From NCBI GenBank assembly GCA_947589435.1, contig CANQBI010000002.1, forward strand, positions 886-64,885: a stretch of DNA of 64,000 bases, written 5' to 3'. Below are positions 57,861 through 64,000 of this stretch, one piece after another. This stretch comes from an uncultured Bacilli bacterium (lineage in GTDB: Bacteria > Bacillota_I > Bacilli_A > RF39 > UBA660). The stretch's first letter is position 1; every line of letters begins with the position of its first letter. The notes under the pieces are model-generated. The model had not been told where the DNA came from. It worked only from the letters and a program-made list of their open reading frames with translations, and made no database searches. A program made the translations under genes and the position numbers.

Positions 57861-58739
57861 ATGGAAATTACCGCAAGTATGGTTAAAGAATTAAGAGAAA
57901 CTTCTGGAGCTCCAATGATGGATTGTAAAAAAGCCTTAAGTGAATGTAATGGTAACATGGATGAAGCCATGAATTACTTAAGAGAAAAAGGTATTGCAAA
58001 AAGTGCTAAAAAAGAATCTAGAATTGCTGCCGAAGGTCTTGCTAATATCTTTATTGATGGCAATAAAGCCGTTATCTTAGAAGTAAATAGTGAAACAGAC
58101 TTTGTTTCTAAGAATGAAGAATTCGTTAATATGATTAAAGTTATTGGTACTTCTTTACTTAAGAGTGATGCTAAAACTTTAGAAGAAGCAAATGAAGTTG
58201 AAACTGAAAATGGTAAAGTTAAAGATTATATCATTTCTATGGTAGCTAAAATTGGCGAAAAATTATCTTTAAGAAGATTTGAAATTGTTAATAAAAGGGA
58301 TGATGAAGTCTTTGGTGATTACCTACATATGGGTGGAAGAATTGCGGCCCTTACAGTTTTAAAGGGAGCAAACGCTGAAGTAGCTAAAGAAGTATCAATG
58401 CAAGCTGCTGCAATGAAACCATTATATTTAAATATTAATGATGTTCCTGAAGATGTTTTAGAAAACGAAAGAAAAATCCAAAAGGAACTTGCTATGAATG
58501 AAGGAAAACCTGCAGACATAGCCGAAAAAATGGTGGAAGGAAGAATTAAGAAATTCTATAAAGAAATTTGTTTAGTTGAACAACCATTCATTAAAGATGG
58601 TGATGTATCTGTTAAAGACTACGTAGCTAAAAACGGTGGAGAAGTATTAAAAATGGTTCGTTATGAAGTTGGCGAAGGTATGGAAAAAAGAAACGATAAC
58701 TTTGCTGAAGAAGTAATGAGTCAAGTTAAAGGAAATTAA
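57861..58739 (+). CDS. tsf: translation elongation factor Ts
   Basis: Motifs seen: ITASMVKELRETSGAPMMDCKKAL and EVNSETDFV. Confidence 0.96.
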   Translation: MEITASMVKELRETSGAPMMDCKKALSECNGNMDEAMNYLREKGIAKSAKKESRIAAEGLANIFIDGNKAVILEVNSETDFVSKNEEFVNMIKVIGTSLLKSDAKTLEEANEVETENGKVKDYIISMVAKIGEKLSLRRFEIVNKRDDEVFGDYLHMGGRIAALTVLKGANAEVAKEVSMQAAAMKPLYLNINDVPEDVLENERKIQKELAMNEGKPADIAEKMVEGRIKKFYKEICLVEQPFIKDGDVSVKDYVAKNGGEVLKMVRYEVGEGMEKRNDNFAEEVMSQVKGN

Positions 58740-58766
58740 GGAAAGTCAAAGGACTTTCTTTTTTAA
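58738..58766 (+). terminator. rho-independent terminator after tsf
   Basis: The stem AAGGAAAGTC / GACTTTCTTT is followed by a T run. Confidence 0.8.
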
Positions 58767-58775
58767 TTGCTACTA

Positions 58776-58804
58776 TTGTCAATTGCATCATTATTTGGTA
58801 TAAT
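58776..58804 (+). promoter_or_regulatory. promoter of the Fic gene
   Basis: TTGTCA, 17-nt spacer, TGgTATAAT (extended -10). Confidence 0.6.
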
Positions 58805-58832
58805 GGTGCATATAAAGAAAAGGGTGAGGCAA

Positions 58833-59885
58833 TTGCGTAACTTTAATTTAAAAGAAGTCTATGATAAAGTCATAACTAATAGTAATATTATTAGTTTAAT
58901 AAGTAAAATACATGAATATAAAGGTAAAGAAGAATATTTACTTTCAACTAAAAAGGATACTTTAGAAACCTTACTGAAGGTTGCTAAGATAGAAAGTACT
59001 TCTTCTTCAAATAAAATTGAAGGTATATCCACAACAGATAAAAGAATTAAAGAAATAGTGGTTCAAAAATTAGAACCAAAGAATAGAAATGAAGAAGAAA
59101 TAGCGGGCTATAGAGATGTTTTAAATTTAATTCATGAAAATTACGGATATATTGATATTAATAAAAATACTATTTTACAATTACATAGAGATTTATATAA
59201 ATATACTGGCTATTCTTATGGAGGAAAATTTAAAAATTCTCAAAATTATATAGAAGAAACAGATAAAACTGGAAAAAAGAAAATAAGATTTACTCCTATG
59301 TCTGCAGTTGAAACTCCAATTGCAGTTGAATATTTATGTCAAAATTATAATGAACTTGTTACAAATGAAACTTGTGATATACTTATATTGATACCAATTT
59401 TTATTTTAGATTTTTTATCAATTCATCCCTTTAATGATGGTAATGGAAGAATAAGTAGATTATTAACTTTACTTTTGTTATATAAAGCTAATTATATGAT
59501 TGGCAAATATATAAGTATTGAAAAAATAATTGAAGATACTAAAGATAGTTATTATGATGTTTTAGAAAAAAGTTCAATAAATTGGCATGATAATAAAAAT
59601 GATTATTCTTACTTTATAGAATATTATTTAGGAATTATATTAAATGCTTATAAAGAACTCGATAGTAGAGTTAATGTTTTTGATAATAAAAAAATAACGG
59701 CATATGATAAAATAATAAATGTATTTAAAGAAAGTTTAATTCCTATTGATAAAGCCTTTATAATAAATAAATGTCCTGATTTAAGCGAAACAACTATTGA
59801 AAGAAATTTAGGTATTTTATTAAAAGAAAAGAAAATTATCAAATTAACTGGGGGAAGATATACTAAATATAAATGGAATAGTTAG
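58833..59885 (+). CDS. Fic-family protein (AMPylase-type), class II with N-terminal inhibitory motif
   Basis: The Fic motif is HPFNDGNGRISRLL. The inhibitory-helix motif SNKIEG fits (S/T)xxxE(G/N). The start is set at the in-frame TTG after AGGGTGAGG, because the track start lies upstream of the promoter. Confidence 0.8.
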   Translation: MRNFNLKEVYDKVITNSNIISLISKIHEYKGKEEYLLSTKKDTLETLLKVAKIESTSSSNKIEGISTTDKRIKEIVVQKLEPKNRNEEEIAGYRDVLNLIHENYGYIDINKNTILQLHRDLYKYTGYSYGGKFKNSQNYIEETDKTGKKKIRFTPMSAVETPIAVEYLCQNYNELVTNETCDILILIPIFILDFLSIHPFNDGNGRISRLLTLLLLYKANYMIGKYISIEKIIEDTKDSYYDVLEKSSINWHDNKNDYSYFIEYYLGIILNAYKELDSRVNVFDNKKITAYDKIINVFKESLIPIDKAFIINKCPDLSETTIERNLGILLKEKKIIKLTGGRYTKYKWNS

Positions 59886-59930
59886 GATTTTAACTGTTCT
59901 TTTTTTGTGAAGTTTTAAAATTGGCCTATA

Positions 59931-59960
59931 TTGACATAGCTATATACTTAGTGTTATAAT
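59931..59960 (+). promoter_or_regulatory. promoter of the 217-aa gene
   Basis: TTGACA, 18-nt spacer, TGtTATAAT. Confidence 0.6.
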
Positions 59961-59986
59961 AAATGTCCTTGAAAAAGGGGGAAATA

Positions 59987-60637
59987 ATGATGAAAGATAT
60001 AATATATTGTTTAGTTTTAGAAAGAAAAATTGGAGATGTTAATCCTGTAGAATGTCAAGAATTAGACTTATGTATACAAAGTGGTTTAAAGGTTGATAAT
60101 ACTTTAATTGGAATTGATAATTTTACCAGTAGATTTACGGAAGAAGAGATAAGAAATTCCATTAAAAATAGTAATATGCCTAGACCCGAATTTTGTGAAT
60201 ATCCTTTAATGATTTATGGTTATGTAAAACATGGCGAAAATTTAAAAAGAGTTAAAAGATATCCGGTAACTTATAAAGATACTGTTAAAACTATCAATGA
60301 TTATTCCCAAAATGATTTAATATTAGAAATTAATGACCGTAATAAATTATATGGTGAATTTAAAAAGATAATTGAAAAATTATTTACTGATGTTAGTGTA
60401 ATTAGCAAATTATTAAATAGTTTTAAAGAAGCTTTAAAAGAAAATGATAAAAATAGATTATTCGGCATTATTGAGGAAGTTGCGGAATCTTCTTATTCTG
60501 GGGCTAGAGAAATCTATTTTACCATTTATGAATTAGAGACTAAAAGAAAACAAAATATTAGTCAAATAAATGAATATGGCGAAGTTGAAATATTAGATAA
60601 AGAAAGAACTTTAAGAAAGTATGAGGAAGTTGCCTAG
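59987..60637 (+). CDS. hypothetical protein (217 aa), distant paralogue of 42664-43479
   Basis: The RBS AAGGGGGA precedes an ATGATG start. It shares the motif IGIDNFTSRFTEEEI with the other protein. Confidence 0.6.
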   Translation: MMKDIIYCLVLERKIGDVNPVECQELDLCIQSGLKVDNTLIGIDNFTSRFTEEEIRNSIKNSNMPRPEFCEYPLMIYGYVKHGENLKRVKRYPVTYKDTVKTINDYSQNDLILEINDRNKLYGEFKKIIEKLFTDVSVISKLLNSFKEALKENDKNRLFGIIEEVAESSYSGAREIYFTIYELETKRKQNISQINEYGEVEILDKERTLRKYEEVA

Positions 60638-60653
60638 CGACTTTCTTTTTTTT
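60613..60653 (+). terminator. rho-independent terminator
   Basis: The stem AAGAAAGT / ACTTTCTT has a 19-nt loop and is followed by a T run. Confidence 0.6.
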
Positions 60654-60669
60654 GTGCTATAATTTTAGT

Positions 60670-61563
60670 ATGAAAATAGAGGATGCTAAAAATAAATTTT
60701 TAGAATATTTAGAAAAAGAATTAAATTATTCTAAGATGACTATTGTTGATTATGAAAGTGATTTAAATATCTATCATAACTTTTTAAAAGGCTCTAATTT
60801 AGATTATTTAAAAGTGGATAAAAAAGATATTATGAATTATTTAAAATTTTTAGATAATCTAAAATATAGTAATAAAAGTATATCGCGTAATTTAAGTGCT
60901 TTAAGAAGTTTTTATAATTATTTAGTAGAAGTAAAGTTACTTGAAGAAAATATTTTTAGAAGAATTAGAAATCCGAAGTTAGAAAAAAAACTTCCAAACT
61001 TTCTAAATGAAGCTGAAGTTTCGCAAGTGCTTGATAAAATGGAAGAAGAAAATCCTGATGAAATTAGAAATAAGTGCATTTTTGAACTTTTATATTCAAC
61101 TGGTTTAAGAGTATCCGAATTAAGTGATATAACCTTAAATAATTTAGATATGAATGAATATACCATTAGAGTTAAAGGTAAAGGAAGTAAAGAGCGGATT
61201 GTCTACTTTGGAGATTTTGCGGCGTGTTTATTAGAAAAATATTTGAGTGTTCGAAATACTTATTTAAAGAAAGGTGATATTCCTTATCTTTTTGTCAATA
61301 AGGTTGGGGGAAAATTAAGTCGGCAAAGTATTGAGGCCATTATTCAAAAAGTATCTTTAACGTCCGGACTTAATCATAATTTTTCACCCCATACATTAAG
61401 GCATACCTTTGCCACCCATTTACTTGATGAAGGAGCAGACCTTAGAAGTGTTCAAGAACTTTTAGGCCATGAAAATTTAAATACAACGGAAATATATACG
61501 CATGTTAGTAATGAAAGATTAAGAAGCGTTTATTTAGAGTGTCATCCCAATAAGAAAAGATAA
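60670..61563 (+). CDS. tyrosine site-specific recombinase, XerC/XerD family
   Basis: The N-terminal core-binding domain is FLEYLEKELNYSKMTIVDYESDL. The catalytic residues are in ELLYSTGLRVSEL, HTLRHTFATHLL and LLGHENLNTTEIYTHV. Confidence 0.88.
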   Translation: MKIEDAKNKFLEYLEKELNYSKMTIVDYESDLNIYHNFLKGSNLDYLKVDKKDIMNYLKFLDNLKYSNKSISRNLSALRSFYNYLVEVKLLEENIFRRIRNPKLEKKLPNFLNEAEVSQVLDKMEEENPDEIRNKCIFELLYSTGLRVSELSDITLNNLDMNEYTIRVKGKGSKERIVYFGDFAACLLEKYLSVRNTYLKKGDIPYLFVNKVGGKLSRQSIEAIIQKVSLTSGLNHNFSPHTLRHTFATHLLDEGADLRSVQELLGHENLNTTEIYTHVSNERLRSVYLECHPNKKR

Positions 61564-61638
61564 GTGTTAAATGTTAAATCATAAAATCTTTTCTTTTTTT
61601 AATTTAAGACCTATGATAAAATATTTATTAGGAGGAAA

Positions 61639-64000
61639 ATGGAAAATATGAAAAAATTTGTTTACCTATTTAATGAAGGTAATAAAGATATGAAAGATAT
61701 CCTCGGTGGAAAAGGGGCTAATTTAGCCGAAATGACTAATTTAGGTTTACCTATTCCCGAAGGATTTACAATTTCAACGGAAGCTTGTACGGCTTACTAT
61801 GAAAATGGTAAAAGTATAAGTAAGGAAATTGAAGAAGAAATACTGGCTTCAATTAAAAAACTAGAAGATATTACAGGCAAAAAATTTGGTGATGAAAACA
61901 TGCCATTATTAGTATCTGTAAGAAGTGGTGCTAGAGCTAGTATGCCAGGAATGATGGATACGATTTTAAACTTAGGTTTAAATGATGTATCCGTAGAAGG
62001 ATTTGCGAAAAGTACCAATAATCCTCGTTTTGCTTATGATTCATATAGAAGATTTATTCAAATGTATTCTGATGTCGTTATGGAAGTTAATAAATCATTC
62101 TTTGAAAAAATTATTGATGAATTAAAAAGTGAAAGAGGAGTTACTTACGATACGGAGTTAACTACCGAAGATTTACAAGAATTAATTAAAAGATTTAAAA
62201 AAGTTTATAGTGACCATATGAATGGGGAAGAATTCCCACAAGATGTTCATGTTCAATTAATGGAAGCTGTTAAAGCAGTATTCCGTTCGTGGGACAATCC
62301 AAGAGCTATAGTATATCGTAGAATGAATGATATTCCAAGTAGTTGGGGTACGGCCGTAAACGTTCAAAGAATGGTCTTTGGTAACATGGGTAATACTTCT
62401 GGAACAGGTGTAGCATTTACAAGAAACCCTGCAACTGGTGAAAAAGGTATTTATGGTGAATACTTAATTAATGCTCAAGGTGAAGATGTAGTTGCGGGTG
62501 TAAGAACACCAGAACCAATAACCAAACTAGAAAGTGACCTACCTGAATGTTATCAAGAATTTATGAGTCTTGCTCAAAAACTTGAAGACCATTATGCCGA
62601 TATGCAAGATATGGAATTTACAATTGAAAATGGTAAGCTTTATTTCTTACAAACAAGAAATGGTAAAAGAACTGCTTATGCGGCGATTAAAATTGCTTGT
62701 GACTTAGTAGATGAAGGTAAAATTAGTGAAAGTGAAGCTGTTTTAAGAATCGAAGCGAAAAGTTTAGACCAATTACTTCATCCAACATTTGTGGCTGATG
62801 CCCTAAAAAATGCGGAATGTATTGGGGAAGCCCTACCAGCATCTCCGGGAGCTGCTGCTGGTAAAGTAGTATTTAGTGCGGAAGATGCTAAAAAACTTGG
62901 CAAAGATGGTAAAGGCGAAAGAGTTGTCTTAGTAAGACTTGAAACCACTCCGGAAGATATCGAAGGCATGGTAGCCAGTCAAGGTATCTTAACTGTTCGT
63001 GGTGGTAGAACTAGTCATGCCGCTGTTGTCGCTAGAGGCATGGGAACTTGCTGTGTTGCTGGTTGTGGTGACATTAAAATTAATGAAGAAAAGAAAGAAT
63101 TTAGTTTAGGAGGATATACATTTAAAGAAGGTGATTATATCTCTTTAGATGGTAACACTGGTAAAATTTATAAAGGCGATGTGGAAACTGAAGATGCTAA
63201 AGTTGCTGGTGATTTTGGCAGGATTATGGCTTGGGCCGATAAATATCGTCGTCTAGGAGTTAGAACTAATGCCGATAATCCAAGAGATACTAAAAAAGCC
63301 ATTGAACTTGGGGCTGAAGGTATTGGTTTATGTCGGACGGAGCATATGTTCTTTGAAAGTGATAGAATTCCAAAGATAAGAAAAATGATTTTATCTAGTA
63401 CGAAAGAAGAAAGAGAAGCCGCTTTAAATGAACTTATTCCATTCCAAAAGAATGACTTTAAAGCGATGTATAAAGAACTTAAAGGGCTACCTATGACCGT
63501 TCGTTATTTAGATCCACCTCTACACGAATTCTTACCAACAACGGAAGAAGAAATCAAAGAACTTGCTAAAGATATGGGCGTAAGTGAAGAAACAATTAAA
63601 AATAAATGTACGGAATTACACGAATTTAACCCAATGATGGGGCATAGAGGCTGTCGTTTAGCAGTTACTTACCCAGAAATTGCGCGGATGCAAACAAGAG
63701 CCTTAATGGAAGCGGCGATTGAAGTTAAAGAAGAAGATGGTTATGATATTAAACCAGAAATTATGATTCCATTAGTTGGCGAAGTAAAAGAGTTAAAATT
63801 TGTTAAAGATATAGTTGTCGAAGTAGCTGAAGAAGTCAAAAAAGAAAAGCATAGCGATATGGAATACCATATTGGAACCATGATTGAAATTCCAAGAGCG
63901 GCCTTAACTGCAGATAAAATTGCCGAAGAAGCTGAATTCTTCTCATTTGGTACTAACGATTTAACGCAAATGACCTTTGGTTTCTCCAGAGATGATGCGG
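61639..64000 (+). CDS. ppdK: pyruvate, phosphate dikinase, 3' end cut by window edge
   Basis: This gene is absent from the ORF track because no stop is reached. I translated it myself: MENMKKFVYLFNEGNKDMKDILGGKGANLAEM..., the phospho-His motif GGRTSHAAVVARGMG, and NDLTQMTFGFSRDDA at the end. AGGAGG lies upstream. The start is ATG 61639 or 61648. Confidence 0.93.
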   Translation, partial: MENMKKFVYLFNEGNKDMKDILGGKGANLAEMTNLGLPIPEGFTISTEACTAYYENGKSISKEIEEEILASIKKLEDITGKKFGDENMPLLVSVRSGARASMPGMMDTILNLGLNDVSVEGFAKSTNNPRFAYDSYRRFIQMYSDVVMEVNKSFFEKIIDELKSERGVTYDTELTTEDLQELIKRFKKVYSDHMNGEEFPQDVHVQLMEAVKAVFRSWDNPRAIVYRRMNDIPSSWGTAVNVQRMVFGNMGNTSGTGVAFTRNPATGEKGIYGEYLINAQGEDVVAGVRTPEPITKLESDLPECYQEFMSLAQKLEDHYADMQDMEFTIENGKLYFLQTRNGKRTAYAAIKIACDLVDEGKISESEAVLRIEAKSLDQLLHPTFVADALKNAECIGEALPASPGAAAGKVVFSAEDAKKLGKDGKGERVVLVRLETTPEDIEGMVASQGILTVRGGRTSHAAVVARGMGTCCVAGCGDIKINEEKKEFSLGGYTFKEGDYISLDGNTGKIYKGDVETEDAKVAGDFGRIMAWADKYRRLGVRTNADNPRDTKKAIELGAEGIGLCRTEHMFFESDRIPKIRKMILSSTKEEREAALNELIPFQKNDFKAMYKELKGLPMTVRYLDPPLHEFLPTTEEEIKELAKDMGVSEETIKNKCTELHEFNPMMGHRGCRLAVTYPEIARMQTRALMEAAIEVKEEDGYDIKPEIMIPLVGEVKELKFVKDIVVEVAEEVKKEKHSDMEYHIGTMIEIPRAALTADKIAEEAEFFSFGTNDLTQMTFGFSRDDA

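Noticed and set aside
60670-61563. The tyrosine recombinase considered as a prophage or ICE integrase marking a mobile element.
   Set aside because: It has a Xer-type N-terminal core-binding domain and Xer-like catalytic boxes. No phage, conjugation or att-like repeats flank it. The neighbours are single accessory genes and ppdK.

Overview
This is a very AT-rich (roughly 28-30% GC by eye) chromosomal window from a low-GC Gram-positive bacterium. Sporulation-type genes (a SpoVID/SipL-like gene, a CotS/YsxE-like gene, a SirA-like gene) suggest a spore-forming Bacillota lineage. The genetic code is standard (code 11): Trp is TGG and murB ends in TGA. About 60 genes are present, almost all on the + strand, and the housekeeping backbone is largely syntenic with Bacillus subtilis. 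In order it runs: lon; CIRCE-controlled hrcA-grpE-dnaK, then pepF-dnaJ; mtaB; lexA, then a tkt-like and a sirA-like gene; mutS; nusB, xseA, xseB; priA; T-box-controlled valS; def; lepA-hemW; murG-murB-divIB; queH; rpsB-tsf; a Xer recombinase; and ppdK, which is cut by the 3' window edge. Small accessory islets sit between these blocks, and the strongest signals are there. (1) Two diverged paralogous two-gene cassettes (18.2-20.4 kb and 54.5-56.6 kb) encode a secreted protein with a TasA/camelysin-like signal-peptide motif plus a membrane-anchored partner; a third relative of the partner lies at 14.9 kb. (2) There are two G9 homopolymer tracts, which are very unlikely by chance at this base composition. 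One lies in the -35/-10 spacer of a sortase-type surface protein promoter. The other lies in a 29-codon leader ORF, where loss of one G fuses the leader in frame to the first cassette gene. Both look like slipped-strand phase-variation switches. (3) An array of four long intergenic palindromes of the form GGTnnCA..TGnnACC lies upstream of an ORF6N/PLD-like gene, and that gene carries a fifth palindrome of the same type inside its own conserved coding motif. Other oddities include a transketolase homologue lacking cofactor and catalytic motifs, a 46-aa membrane ORF divergent from lexA behind an SOS-box-like site, extra genes wedged into the nusB-xseA-xseB block, and a ribosomal protein S2 with a Rho_N/SAP-like C-terminal tail. 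A DinJ-YafQ toxin-antitoxin pair and a class II Fic protein are also present. I found no rRNA, tRNA, CRISPR array or transposase. All functional calls come from motif recognition by eye; no database search was run.
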